DNA of 64,000 nucleotides from Heptranchias perlo. Lineage: Eukaryota. Below the pieces are notes generated by a model. The model saw nothing but the letters and a program-made list of their open reading frames with translations, had not been told where the DNA came from and did not search any database. Shown piece by piece: positions 50,070-64,000 of the stretch. The stretch is from assembly GCF_035084215.1 (NCBI RefSeq), contig NC_090339.1, positions 25,234,001-25,298,000 of the forward strand, written 5' to 3'. Numbering within the stretch: position 1 is the stretch's first letter; each line of letters opens with the position of its first letter. Both the position numbers and the translations under genes were made by a program.

Positions 50070-53000
50070 GAATATTGCATGGATACATAAGGAACAGGAC
50101 TGGCAGTTAAATATTGCAGGATATAATCTATTTAGAAAGGATAGGGAAGGAAGAAAGAGGGTGGAGTAACTATTAATTAGAGACACCATAATGGCAATAG
50201 AAAAAAGGGACATAAATAACATTAAGATAAAAATAGAATCCATATGGATTGAGACAAAGGATAAGAAGGGATCAATCGTGTTAATAGGTGGTCTGTCGAA
50301 TATACCTAATAGTGAAAGGGAAGTGGAGTATGAAATATGTAGACAAATCTATGAAATGAGTAAAAAACATTGAATAATAATCAAGGGAGATTTCAACTAT
50401 CCCCAAATGAACTGGCAAGAAGATGTAGGGAAAGGAGAAAAGGGAATGGCATTTTAACAATGTGTACATGACTCCTTTCTTACCCAGTATGTGAGAAGCC
50501 CAACAAGAGAGGAATCACTGCTGGGTCTAGTAATGGCAAATGAACCAGAACACATAAGAGAAGTAAGTGTAAGGGAACATCTAGGGAATAGTGATCATAA
50601 CATAACAAGGTTTAAAATAATGAATGAAAAAAGACATAAATAGGACAAAGACCTAAGTAACAGATTGGAGATGAGAATGGAACTAGGGCAGGTAAACTGG
50701 AAAAAAATTTTGACAAAGAAATAGAACAGCAGCAGGTAATATTTAAAACAGTAATCAATAGAGTTCAGAAGTATATTCCACTAAAAGGCAAGAACAAACT
50801 AGCCAATAATGAAACACCATGGATGCCTAAAGAGATAAGGGTAACATTAAAACTAAAAAAAAAGGCATACTCTAGGTACACAGACAATAAAGGAGAGGAT
50901 GACAAAAGGGAATACAAAGAGGATAGGAAATAAGGCAAAAAAAAGTTAGGAAAGCAAAGAAGAACTATGAGATTAAATTATCAAGGAATATAAAAAGAAA
51001 TAGTGAAGTATCCTACAGAAAAATAAATACAAGAAAAATCAGTATAGGAATACGGCCACTAAGGGATGCACACGATAAACTCACAGATAACGACAACGAA
51101 ATGGCAGAACTAATTACTTTGCCTCGGTATTTACCAGAGAGACTAACAAGGTGGCCAGGACATTAGAAGCAGAGATCAAAAAAGATATTAAAACAATTAA
51201 GATAGAAAAGGAGGAGATAATTGACAAAGTAATCAAAATTAGTGAGGATGAGACTCCTGGTCCAGATGGATTGCATCCGCGAATATTAAAAGTTAGGGAG
51301 GAGATAGCAGAGACACTAATACGTATATATAAAAATTCACTAGAAAAGGGAATAGTGCCAGGGAACTGACGGACATCTAATGTTATTCCTATATTTAAAA
51401 AGGGAGATAGAACAAGTCCAGGGAACTATAGACCAGTTAGCTTAACATCAGTGGTAGGAAAGATAACGGAATCTTTACTCAAAGATGTAATAGAAAGACA
51501 TCTAGAGAACGAAAATATAATAAAGAATAGTCAGCACTGATTTCAGTAGGAATAGTCGTGCTTGACTAAACTTATTGAATTCTTTGAAGAAGTAACAAAG
51601 GGTAGATGAGTAATGCAATAGATGTAATATATTGGGATTTTCAAAAGGCTTTTGATAAGGTACTGCATTGTTGTCTCATGACTAAGGTCACAGCATGTAG
51701 AGTCAGGGGACAGGTAGCAGAATTGATAGCGAGTTGGCTACAAAACAGGAAAGAGAGAGTAGGGGTTAAGGGTAACTACTCAGACTGGCAAAAGGTGGGA
51801 AGTGGTGTTCCACAGGGATCAGTGCTGGGACCACTGTTGTTCACAATTTACATTTATAATTTGGATTAGGGAATTGGAAGTACAATTTCAAAATTTGCAA
51901 ACACCACCAAATTGGGGGGTGTAGTTAATACAAAGGAAGAATGTGTCAAAATGCAAGAGGACATTAATGAACTTGCAGAATGGAGGGGTAATTGGCAAAT
52001 GAATTTCAATACAGATAAGTGTGAGGTGGTGCATTTTGGTAGGAAGAATGAGACCACATACTGCTTGGATAATAAAGAGTCTAAATGGGATAGAGGAGCA
52101 AAGGGATCTCTGGGTATAGATATACAAATCTAGAGGAATAGAATTGAAAATCAAAGAAGTTATGTTAAACTTGAATAGTACCTTGGTTACACCAAGTCAT
52201 AAGAATAAAACCAGATGGACCACCCAGCATCGGACCACTAGGCACCAGACATGACAAAGGCAAACCAAGCCCAATTGACCCTGCATAGTCCTCCTCACTA
52301 ACATCTGGGGAAATTGGGAGAGTGTTCCACAGACTAGTCAAGCAACAGCCTGACATAGCCATACTCACAGAATCATACCTTTCAGCCAACCTCCCAGATT
52401 CCTCCATCACCATTCCTGGGTATGCCCTGTCCCACCGGTAGGACAGACCCAGCAGAGATAGCAGCGGTATACAGTCAGGAGGGAGTGGCCCTGGGAGTCC
52501 TCAACATTGACTCTGGGCCCCATGAAGTCTCATGGCATCAGGTCAAACATGGGCAAGGAAACATCCTTATGAATACCACCTTCCGCCCTCCCTCAGCTGA
52601 TGAATCAGTACTCCTCCATGTTGAGCACCACTTGGAGGAAGCACTAAGGGTAGCAAGGGCACAGAGTGTACTCTGGTTGGGGGACTTCAATGTCTATCAC
52701 CAAGAGTGGCTCGGTAGCACCACTACTGACCGAGCTGGTCAAGTCCTGAAGGACATAGCTGCCAGACTGGGTCTGCGACAGGTGGTGAGAGAACCAACAC
52801 GAGGGAAAAACCGATTTGACCTCGTCCTCACCAATCTACCTGTTGTAGATACATCTATCCATGAAAGTACTGGTAGGAGTGATCACCGCACAGTCCTTGT
52901 GGAGACGAAGTCCCGTCTTCACATCATGACACCGTCCATCGTGTTGTGTGGCACTACCGCTATGCTAAATGGGATAGATTCAGAACAGATCTATTTGCTC

Positions 53001-56000
53001 AAACTTGGGCATTCATGAGGCACTGTGGGCCATCAGCAGCAGCAGAATTGTATTCCACCACAATCAGTAACCTCATGGCCTAGCATATCCCTCACATTAC
53101 CATTACCATCAAGCTAGGGGATGAACCCTGGTTCAATGAGGAGTGTAGGAGAGCATGCCAGGAGCAGCACCAGGCATACCTAAAAATGTGGTGCCAACCT
53201 GGTGAAGCTACAACACAGGATTACATGCACGCTAAATAGTGGAAGCAACATGCTATAGACAGAGCTATGCGATCCCACAACCAATGGATCAGATCAAAGC
53301 TGTGTAGTCCTGCAACATCCAGTCGTGAATGGTGGTGGACAATTAAACAACTAACGGGAGGATGAGGCTCCGTGAACATCCCCATCCTCAATGATGGCAG
53401 AGCCCAACATGTGAATGCAAAAGACAAGGCTGAAGCATTTGCAACCATCTTCAGCCAGAAGTGCCATGTGGATGATCCATCTCGGCCTCCTCCCAAGATC
53501 CCCACCACCACAGAAGCCAGTCTTCAGCCAATTCGATCCACTCCACATGATATCAAGAAACAGCTGGGTGTACTAGATACAGCAAAGGCTATGGGCCCCG
53601 ACAACATCCCGGCTGTAGTACTTAAGACTTGTGCTCCAGAACTAGCCACGCCTCTAGCCAAGTTGGTCCAGTACAACACTGGCCTCTACCCGACAAAGTG
53701 GAAAATTGCCCAGGTATGTCCTGTCCACAAAAAGCAGGACAAATCCAACCCGGCCAATTACTGCCCCATCAGTCTACTCTCAACCATCAGCAAAGTGATG
53801 GAAGGTGTCATCAACAGTGCTATCAAGCAGCTCTTACTCACCAATAACCTGCTCACCAATGCTCAGTTTGGGTTCCGCCAGGACCACTCAGCTCCAGACC
53901 TCATTACAGCCTTGGTCCAAACATGGACAAAAGAGCTGAATTCCAGAGGTGAGGTGTGACTGCCCTTGACATCAAGGCTGCATTTGTCTGAGTGTGGCAT
54001 CGAGGAGCCCTAGTAACTGAAGTCAATGGGAATCGGGGAAAACTGTCCAGTGGCTGGAGTCATACCTAGCACAAAGGAAGATGGTAGTGGTTGTTGCAGG
54101 CCAATCATCTCAGCCCCAGGATATCACTGCAGGAGCTCCTCAGGGCAGTGTCCTAGGCCCAACCATCTTCAGCTGCTTCATCAATGACCATCCCTTCATA
54201 AGGTCAGAAGTGGGGATATTCACTGATGATTGCACGGTTTCAGTTCCATTCGCAACCTCTCAGATAATGAAGCAGTCCATACCCGTATGCAGCAAGATCT
54301 GGACAACATCCAGGCTTAGGCTGATAAGTGGCGAGTAACATTCGCACCAGACAAGTGCCAGGCAATGACCATCTCCAACAAGAGAGAGTCTAACCACCTC
54401 CCCATGGCATTCAACAGCATTACCATTGCCAAATCCTCCAACATCAACATCCTGGGGGTCAGCATTGACCAGAAACTTAGCTGGACCAGCCACATAAATA
54501 CTGGCTACAAGATCAGGTCAGAGGGCGGGTAATATGCACCTACCTGACTCACCTCCTGACTCTCCAAAGCCTTTCCACAATCTACAGGGCACAAGTCAGG
54601 AGTGTGATGGAATACTTTTCACTTGCCTGGATGAGTGCAGCTCCAGCAACACTCAAGAAGCTCGACACCATCCAGGACAAAGCAGCCCACTTGATTGGTA
54701 CTCCATCCACCACCTTAAACATTCAATCCCTCCACCGCCAGTGCAACATGGCTGCAGTGTGTACCATCTACAAGATTCACTGCAGCAACTTGCCAAGGCT
54801 TCATCGACAGCACCTCCCAAACCCGCGACCTCTACCACCTAGAAGGACAAGGGCAGCAGGCGCATGGGAACAACACCAGCTGCACATTCCCCTCGAAGTC
54901 ACACGCCATCCTAACTTGGAAATATATTGCCGTTCCTTCATCGTCGCTGGGTCAAAATCCCAGAACTCCCTACCTAACAGCACTGTAGGAGAACCTTCAC
55001 CACACGGACTGCAGCAATTCAAGAAGGTGGCTCACCACCACCTTCTCAAGGGCAATTAGGGATGGGCTATAAATGCTGGCCTTGACAGCGATCCCCACAT
55101 CCTATGAATGAGTAAAAAAGACCACACTTGGAGTATTGTGCACATTTCTGGTCTCCATATTTGAGAAAGGATTTCGAGCCATTGGAGAGGGTGTAAATTA
55201 GATTCAAAAGGATGATACCAGAACTGAGAGGATATCCTTATCAGGAAAGGTTGAACAGGCTGGGGCTCTGTTCTCCAAAAAAGTAAAGGCTGAGCGGTGA
55301 CCTGATGGAGGTCTTTAAGATAATGAAAGGGTTTGACAGGGTAGACATAGAGAAAATGTTTCCACTTGTGGGGGAGTCCAAAACTAGAGGTCATAAATAT
55401 ATTTGGACCTAAAAAGGATAGATCAGAGTACTTTCTAAATGCTGAAAAGCTCAAAAGAGTGGAGGTCTAAAGAGACTTAGGGGTCCATGTACACAGATTA
55501 TTAAAATGTCATGGACAGGTACAGAAAATAATCACAAAGGCTAATAGAATGCTGGCCTTTATATCTAGAGGACTAGAATACAAGAGGGTAGATGTTATGC
55601 TATAGCTATAGCTATAGCTATAGACAGCCTTGGTTGGACCACACCTGGAGTACTGTGTTCAGTTCTGGGCACCGCACCTTAGGAAGGACATTTTGGCCTT
55701 GGAGGGAGTACAGCGTAGATTTACTAGAATGATACCTGACTACAAGGGTTAAATTACAAGGAGAGATTGCACAAACTAGGATAGTATTCCCTGGAATTTA
55801 GAGGATTAAGGGGGGGATTTGATCAAAGTTTTCAAGATATTAAGGGGAACTGACAGGGCAGATAGAGAGAAACTATTTCCGCTGGTTGGGGAGCCTAAGA
55901 CCAGAGGACATAGATTAAAAATTAGAGCCAGGACTTTCAGGAGTAAAGTTAGGAAACACTTCTACATGCAAAGGGTGGTAGAAGTATGGAACTCTCTTCC

Positions 56001-56460
56001 ACAAACCGCAGTTGATGCTAGCTCAATTGTTAATTTTAAATCTGAGATTGATAGATTTTTGTTAACCAAGGATATTAAGGGATATGGGGCTAAGGCGGGT
56101 GTATGGAATTAGGTCACAGATCAGCCATGATATCATTGAATGGCAGAACAGGCTCGAGGGGCTAAATGGCATACTCCTGTTCCTAAAATAATTGCTAATA
56201 AATCCAATAGGGAATTCAGGAGGAACTTCTTTACCCGAAGAGTGGTAAGAATGTGGAACACGCTACCTCAAGAAGTAGTTGAGGAAAATAGCATAGATGC
56301 ATTTAAGAGGAAGCCGGATAAGCACATGAGGAAGAAAGGAATAAAAGGGTATGCTGATAGGGTTAGATGAAGTAGGGAGGGAGGAGGCTCATGTGGGGCC
56401 TAAACACCAGCACAGGCCAGTTGCGCCGAATGACTTGTTGCTGTGCTGTAGTTTCGATCT
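50070..56460 (+). mobile_element. Decayed CR1 ORF2 and stacked CR1 3' fragments, split by an insertion at 52195-55119
   Basis: [45 protein letters not shown]; LVRPHLEY split as ttggtta...ccacacttggagtat around the insert. Confidence 0.9.
52195..55119 (+). mobile_element. Second long copy of the LINE at 19707-23012, lacking the tRNA head
   Basis: Colinear with 20057-23010; more stops and frameshifts. Confidence 0.93.
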
Positions 56461-59400
56461 AAGTCGATGTAACTTTTAGCCTATCCCCTTCAGAATGTCC
56501 AGAAACAGACATTGCAGAATTTCTCAACATAGCTGTAGATGGTCAAACTGGTTTTAAAATGTAATCATTACATCACTCAGCCGTGACACTAATTTCTGAG
56601 GCAACCTTAAATATTAGCAGAGAATGGCTAACAGTGATGAAGGCCATTCTCGGGTATCAGACAAATGACAGGCAGTCACAAAGAAACAGAAGGAGCATCA
56701 TGCTGGCCTGCCCGTGCACAGCTAAGAACATAAGAAATCTAGCAGCTCGTTTCAGAGCAGGGCTAGTGAAAGGAGCAGGTCACCTGCTTGTCTGCTCTCT
56801 TTCACTGCAGATTGTGCTAGGAAACCGAAGAAGAATTTGTGAAGAATTTGATTCTCAAAGAAAAGTTGTGATACGCTGCTGAAAACAAAGATCGTATGAC
56901 ACAGGTGGGCAACAGTATCTCACAATGCTGGCCTGAGATCAATAAAATGGCACAGTGAAGCTGAACTGTAAATAATTTTGTATCTCTGGTTTCTCCCCGA
57001 TTACCATTTGGCAACTAATATGGTGAGGAGATGGCTTTTTCTCAAGTCTCTTAACATGCTGCTCTTGAACTGGTTCCTTAGACATATGCAAGAGCTGCAT
57101 AGGTCTTGCTCTATTTCCCATCTCTTCATCTGGAGATGTACCTTGTCTCTGCACTCAACTAACTGACCCAAGATGGGAAACTTGCCATGGCAGGAGATGC
57201 AAGACCATTCCATTGGTGTAATAATGCACATTTTCAAATGAATTAAGATACTCAGGTGTGCATTATGACAATTGTGGAGGTGGTACAACTGTCTCAGCTG
57301 GGATGAGGTAGCTCAGAACAAACCTGGAGATTAAACTGGTGGCCTCCCTACTCTGATTCCGTATCACAGAGTGATGCAGTTACCCATTGAGCCACTGGGG
57401 AAAGATTACAAATATTTAATACTTTTTCATCTCATAGAACCAAGACTGACGAATACTATAAAATATTATTTAAAGTTTATAATGCAGGAATGGAATTTAA
57501 CTTCATACTGTTTATTTTGAAACATTCCATCAACAAATCAAAATTTGAAAAAGGAGCACAACTTGCAGTGGTATTTCTCTGGTTGAGAAGCGATGGTGTA
57601 CCAAAGTCATTTTACAGGAGGGAAAGGATTTTTTAAAAAGGGAGTCATTCCTGAATTACTTGTGTGCTTCTTTGCAGCCAGTGAAAATGATACCGCTGGA
57701 GGCCTGAGAGTCGACTGTCCATTCTTCGTAGCAATTGGTGTGTGGCTAAGGAAAGAGGGTGAAACGGTTCCCTTTCTCACTAAAAATATGGTTTTACTGA
57801 GAATGAAATGAACATAAATATATTTTACTTTCTTCCTTCAACCATGATGATGTGATAACCAAATTTGGTTTTAACAGGGGGATCTGTGTAAATGGGTTTG
57901 TCTGTTGTGCTGTTGGACAGAGCAAAAGCAGCTTCCTGGAAGGGTCCCACCATTGAACCTCTGGTCATCCAGCCCAGATCGCCCTAAGAAGAAAAACGAA
58001 CAGTCATTCTCACATTTACAATTTGTTTGAAAAGTGTCCGAAGCAAACATTGATCAGCATACTTCATCTATTTTATATACAGTTTAAAAATTGTGTTCAA
58101 GTCATACATGCAGCAAAGTTGTACAAACAGCCAGGCTGCAATCTTTAACAGCGAACTGTACTCGTTGGCATAATAGTGCACAGAAGATTAAATCATGGAC
58201 TGGGCTGTAAAAATGTGGTTTGTATGGGGCTCTACAACAGGGAGCTGTTCTTGGTTTTGGATTATGTCAGCTTTCACAAGGTCTTGAATATGACAATAGA
58301 GGGCTATTGCCTTTGTTCAACCAGTTTAAGGTTCTATTATAACAGAATGACATCAGTGCATTGGGAAAAAGCAATAGCACGGTCTGCTTTGGCACATTTG
58401 CCAAGGAGAACCATAGTGGGAATATTTCAACAAACAAACCCAGTCCAGTTAAAGCTTTCTTCAGTTCTTCACAGTGACAGAGTGTGAATTTTGTTAACCT
58501 GAGCAAAAGCAGTTCAACACGGAACAAAGTGACTGCATAACTGCTGCTAAACTAATCCTAAAGCAGTTTGTAGTGAACCCACATCTGGTCCTTCAGTGGC
58601 AGTGTGAACACTGCCAACCTGGTCCATTGTAATTATGTAGTGAATCCAGATGACTATACTTCAATAAACAAATCGATGCTGCTGAAGTGGCCACAAAGCA
58701 ATTCTATAGTGAATTCATATAGGTTCACTGAAATGCCAGAGTAAACACTGTCAATCTGGTCCCACACAAAGACTGCAGCCAGTTGGATTTAGCAACAAGT
58801 GAGAGTGCAGAAACATTTACAGCCTAACAATTCTACTAAGTATTAGCATTGGGAATCAGATGTATCGTGGTATCTACTTCCACATATTTTATCTACAGTC
58901 AGTACTTACTCCTTGCCTGGCTTTGTCTTCACTGTACTGGCTAGCCACTTCATTGAATTTCATGCCAGATTTCAGCTTCTCCATAGCTTCCATGGTTTTA
59001 CTGTGTTTTTCACAAAGAATGTGCCTCACCTGCAACACAAGAATTCAGCATTAATGCTGCCAAATAGATGTAGCTCATCAGGATTTTTGAAACATGCTAT
59101 GAATTTTTAAATAAAAAAAGATTGAACCCAGAACTTCCTTGATGGGATAGTGGATAAATACATCACTCAGTGTGGTACTGAGCTCCACAGAACAAGAAGG
59201 ATGAGGTTTGAACTCCGATTTGTTCCGAGTTAGCTGATCTCCTCCCGGGCAGTAGTAAGACTAATTGTCCTCAGTGCCCCTAGGTTAAGTAGGAGAAAAA
59301 TATCAGCCACAGTTCCTGTATCTGATCACTATCCTATAACCCTTAGCAGAAAGTGCATGTGTGTGGATGTTGGGTGAGAACAGGATTGGCTGGACTGTGA

Positions 59401-59859
59401 TGCCTCTACCATTGAATAGTTAATACTTGGTGTCAGGCTCACACTTAAGAATAGCCATTTGTACATATCCTGTTCAAAGTCAATATCTTCAGGAGAGCAG
59501 AGAAGAAAATAGTTAGTAAAAACTGAACCTAATGTATTAAAGATGTAATGTTTCTTTAGAAAATGGGGCAGGGCAACAGAGGTAGCACAAAGAATTGAAG
59601 AATATTAGAGCAGATTTTGATTAGCACGATGCAGGAAAACATGTAGGAATTTTCCCCCTCTCATCTCCCATTGTGACCAAAAAGTCACATAACCATCTGC
59701 ACTTCCTTGCTCCCCATGGGCAACACCTGGGCTTTGTTCAGCATCTTGTCGTAGCAGCATGGCTATTCTAATTCAATGGTATTAAAGAATTCAAATTTAC
59801 AAATCCATGGCAGAGTATTTGTACTCTAATTCATTGCACTGTTAAGTATATTAATACAA

Positions 59860-60035
59860 TCTACCCTTTCCTTCCCTCCCCCCACTTTCCCTGGCTCTGT
59901 ACTTGCTTAAAAACTTTAACTCTAACATCTTCCAGTTCTGACGAGAGGTCTTCAACCTGAAAGGTTAACTCTGTTTCTTTCTCCACAGATGCTGCCTCAC
60001 TTGCTGAGCTTTTCCACCATTTTCTGTTTTTATTC
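59860..60035 (+). mobile_element. Penelope-derived repeat with hammerhead core
   Basis: agttCTGACGAgaggtcttcaacctGAAAggttaact at 59934-59970. Confidence 0.65.
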
Positions 60036-61334
60036 CTGATCCTTCAAAGTTGTTTTTGTACTAAAAAAAATTGAATCATCTAATAATTTGAATTAAGCAA
60101 CATAAGTAACACAGGGAAGTGGGAATTTAGTGCTAAAAAATTCAAATGATCAGATAACTCAACAGACATTACCTCTGGCAATGCAGAAATCCATCAGTAC
60201 TGCACTGGCGTATTGGTTTAGATATACACTAATGATGTGGGATAAAATAATGATTCAATTTATATAATAGCTTCCACGTCAAAGTATCTCAAAGGATTTT
60301 ACAAGATACATAAATCACTTTTTAAAAGTGTTTTGTAGGCAAACAGAGGAATCATTCTGCCAGCGATGTCCCAAAAAAAGCCATGTTAATGCTTTTTAAA
60401 AGATATTGGTATTGGTTCGGTTATGTTCGCCAGATGCCAGGGCAGCTTTCTGTTCTTCTTCAAATAGTTTAATTAGATGTTCAACATTCACCTGAACCAC
60501 CACGAAGATCAGATTTGGTTTTAGCGCCTCACTCAACAGACGTTACCTCTGGCAATGCAGAAATCCCTCAGTACTGCACTGGAGTATTGGTTTAGATATA
60601 TGCTAAAATCCTGATGTGGTTCTTGAACCAATAACCTATGACTCGGAGGTGAGAATGTTACCAAATAGACAACTGACACTCTATAGGATCTGATCTCTTA
60701 CCTTCACTGCGTTACCTCCTTTGGGTCCTTTATCTTTCTTATCTGCATCATCACCACCAGCGGCACCACCTTAAATATACAAAAATGAAATATGTTTCTT
60801 TGTCTTCAAAGCAAATGCATTAGTAACTCACAATTCAGCCATGGTGGCATGATCCAGAACTATAGCTATGTCACATTTTTGGATTTTTTTGACCATTAAT
60901 GAGCTAAGCTTTGATTCCCCGAAGACTAAACAATAATAATTTGTTAGCCTGTCTTAACAATGGATAAACACTTCATACCCATTGAGTCTCTGGATCCAGG
61001 CTCTTGCCATTGAGCTTCCTATCGTATTGTGAACACGGAAATAAAAGGTTAGAGACACAGATTTAGGCAGTCAGTCAGGTCTTTAAACAGAAAGCTGTAA
61101 GGGCAACCTTTCACAAGGCTCAGAAGGAGTATGTAGGATGGTAGTTGGATGTTATTTTGTTTAGGTCAAGCAAGATGACTCGCTGATGTAGGGAAGCATA
61201 GCATGTTCATTTCTTTTGTATTATTATACGAAGACAAGTGGTACTGATTAAATTAAGTGAGTCTGATCATTACCGTTGCTCTGTATGTTCACTTGTTGTG
61301 AAATAAATCAGCTTAACAATTTGTATCTGGCCTT

Positions 61335-61760
61335 CAAGGGTTAAGTTATGAGGAGAGATTACACAAATTGGGGTTGTATTCTCTGGAGTTTCGAAGGTTA
61401 AGGGGTGATCTATCGAAGTTTATAACATATTAAGGGGAATGGATAGGGTGGATAGAGAGAAACTATTTCCGCTGGTTGGGGATTCTAGGAGTAGGGGGCA
61501 CAGTCTAAAAGTTAGAGCCAGACCTTTCAGGAGCGAGATTAGAAAACAGTTCTACACACAAAGGGTGGTAGAAGTTTGGAACTCTCTTCCGCTCAATTGC
61601 TAAATTTAAATCTGAGGTAGATAGCTTTTTGGCAACCAAAGATATTAAGGGATATGGGCCAAAGGCAGGTATATGGAGTTAGATCACAGATCAGCTACGA
61701 TCTTATCAAATGGCGGAGCAGGCATGAGGGGCTGAATGGCCTACTCCTGTTCCTATATTA
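61335..61760 (+). mobile_element. CR1 3' fragment
   Basis: Same family as 55745-56180; ends gggctgaatggcctactcctgttcctata. Confidence 0.88.
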
Positions 61761-62999
61761 CAAGGTGCTTCCTGAGTCTACCTTCAAAAAGATTGGCCAG
61801 CCATGAATATCCAGTTCAGATCACAATGGAGTACCGTTGTTACAACCCTGAGTTACACGATCATATTGGTAGATATTGGAGTGGGAGTCTACTCCAGCAC
61901 TTAATCATCAAACAACAGTTCCCTTGGCAATCACGTTGTCACCAATGAATAGGAAACCTAGACCAACTCATTAAAAACAGCCCTTATATTCAGCCAACAA
62001 AAGGTACTTATCATTGATCAACGTCTTCATGCACTGCTTCACTTGGTAAGTCTCTCTCCCCCTCCCCTCAATTGTATCCTATAAAAGCCTCCTTAAAAGA
62101 AAACATTTCTTCATCAATCTCCCCTCCCTTTTACTGCTCAGTGTCTCCATCTTCTTTGATGTGAGGAGCATTATATAAATACAAGTCGTTTTCTGTCAGG
62201 TGTAGGTCGATAACAACAAATAATATAACGCTTGTGTCTATCCTCTTCCATATATATTTGCACAAGGACAACGTTTAAACTTCAATCAGAATACTGATAC
62301 AATTATACGATGTTTAAACCAAACACACCTTTCCCACCCTTGGCTCCCTTTGATTTCCCTTTAGGAGGCATGATGCACAAAACACTATTTCGCCCTGCGC
62401 ATAGAAAGACCCAGATACCAGCCGCCTAACCAAGTGCCCACAGAAAACGAGCTGTGCAATGACGAGAGGTGTTCTTTAAATAATACCCAACAAGATTGCA
62501 ATGCACAGATTTTCACCTCGTTTGATTTGTGCAGTGGGATGATTTCCTAAAAATGTTCTTTACGGTTGTAAAAACGGCCCTTGTCGTCATCAAGCAGCGC
62601 TCATTAGATGAAGGACCCGCAGTAGCAAAGCAATCCCTTGCTGGGGGTTCATTGGAAACAATTAGCTAATAATAGGAGAGGGCGAGTAAGTAACATAGTT
62701 TTAAGAAGCATAATGATAGTGAATGAATGAATGAAGGAGCGAGCAGGTTAGATAGCGGATGAAGGGTTTGGGCTCGAAATGTTAGTTGTGGGATTTCTCT
62801 TTTGGGGGGTGTATTTCCAGCAATTTCCGTTACTGTTTCAAATTTCGGAGAGTGAAAGAAAAATGAGCCAGAAAAAAAAACAAATCAGGAAAAGAAAAAG
62901 AGCAAGGGACTGCAAATGAGAGAGAAGGGAAGAAGGGTCACCAAAGAGAGGTTGGAAAGGAAGAGAAACAGTCACAGAAGGGAAGGAGGAAAGAGAGAA

Positions 63000-63418
63000 A
63001 TTGTGTTTATATAGTGCCTTTCATATCCTCAAGATGGCCCAAAGCACTTTAACAAGCAATGGATTACCTTTGAAGTGTAATCACTCTTGTTATGTAAGCA
63101 AATACTGCAGACAGTTTGTACACAGAAAGGTCCCACAAATAGCAAATGAATGAATCAGATCATCTGTTTTTGGTGATGTTGAGGGAGGAATGTTGGCCTA
63201 GGCTGTTCCCTGCCGTTCGAGTAGTGTTATGGGATCTTCTGCGTCCACCTGATCAGGGAGATAGAGCTTTAGTTTAAGGTTTCATCTGAAAAGATGGTGC
63301 CTCTGACACTTGATGCTGCACTGAAGTGGCAACTGAGATTATGTGCTCAAGTCAGTGATAAGGTTTAAACCCACAAATTTCTCATTTGGGTGAGACTAGT
63401 ACTGACTGAGCCAAGCTG
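63000..63418 (-). mobile_element. Deu-domain-type SINE (SacSINE1/AmnSINE1-like); weaker copy at 60255-60680
   Basis: Recognised core tttgaagtgtaatcact...tcccacaaa...atcatctgttttt...atgggatctt...gtccacctga, with L2-like tail tatatagtgcc. Confidence 0.7.
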
Positions 63419-64000
63419 ATAAGAGATAGACAGAGATTGGAGGAGAGAGAGAGAGGTGGACAGGAAAGGTGAGAAAGATGGAATTGAAATGAGACAGGTA
63501 AGGAGGACAGAAAATTTGACCAAAGCAGCAGAGATAGGGACGGGGGTGATGGAGAGAGAAAATTAGGACAAAAGTGAGTTGTGAAGATAGACCATTTTTT
63601 TATGCTGAGCAATTTGACATACTTAATTAGAAGGGCATAGTTTTTTTTCATGGAACTAGTTGTAATTTTTTTTTGGAACTATTGAATTAGATTGATCTAG
63701 ATTATATTTATTGTAACTGCCCTGTTCTTGCCCCATAACCTTATATCATCATCATCATCATCATCTTCAAATATTTAACCCTTTTCCCTTGTAAGAAGCT
63801 TTGTGGTGTCTGTCTCCACCACTCCCTGTTAAAAACATCCCATGGTGACTTGGGTGAGGAACTGAAACTGCTTCGCAGCTATGGAAGAAGACATGATTGA
63901 CCCCACCCAGAAAACATGAGGAGGCTTGGGTGGGAATGAAATGTGAGAGTGTGTCGCAGACATCCAGGACAGGGGGCAGTATGCTTGGCGGCGGTGCCAT

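Noticed and set aside
63767-64000. 77-aa minus ORF at the window edge
   Set aside because: No recognisable motif, truncated by the edge and next to a (CAT)n microsatellite.

Overview
Repeat-rich vertebrate genomic DNA. The repeat families (CR1, L2, Penelope, Harbinger, Deu-type SINEs) suggest a cartilaginous fish; the species cannot be determined from the sequence. One intact host gene is present: a 3-exon TMEM47-like gene (+, 33303-42304, 172 aa). Most long ORFs in the track are LINE or transposon remnants. The main unexplained signal is a chain of degenerate minus-strand exons from 17322 down to about 2339, found by manual translation and splice-site reading. In order they read as signal peptide, MHC class I-like alpha1, alpha2, Ig C1 (alpha3), a possible extra ectodomain exon, a transmembrane helix, a repeat-rich linker, and the N-lobe of a tyrosine-kinase-like domain. 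If these form one gene, it is a disabled copy of an MHC-class-I-like receptor kinase, an architecture I do not recognise. This is by-eye motif matching and needs profile searches. Other points: a Penelope insertion that captured an inverted copy of its own flank, Penelope minimal hammerhead ribozymes, and an ORF1-less LINE with a tRNA-derived head plus its SINE derivative.
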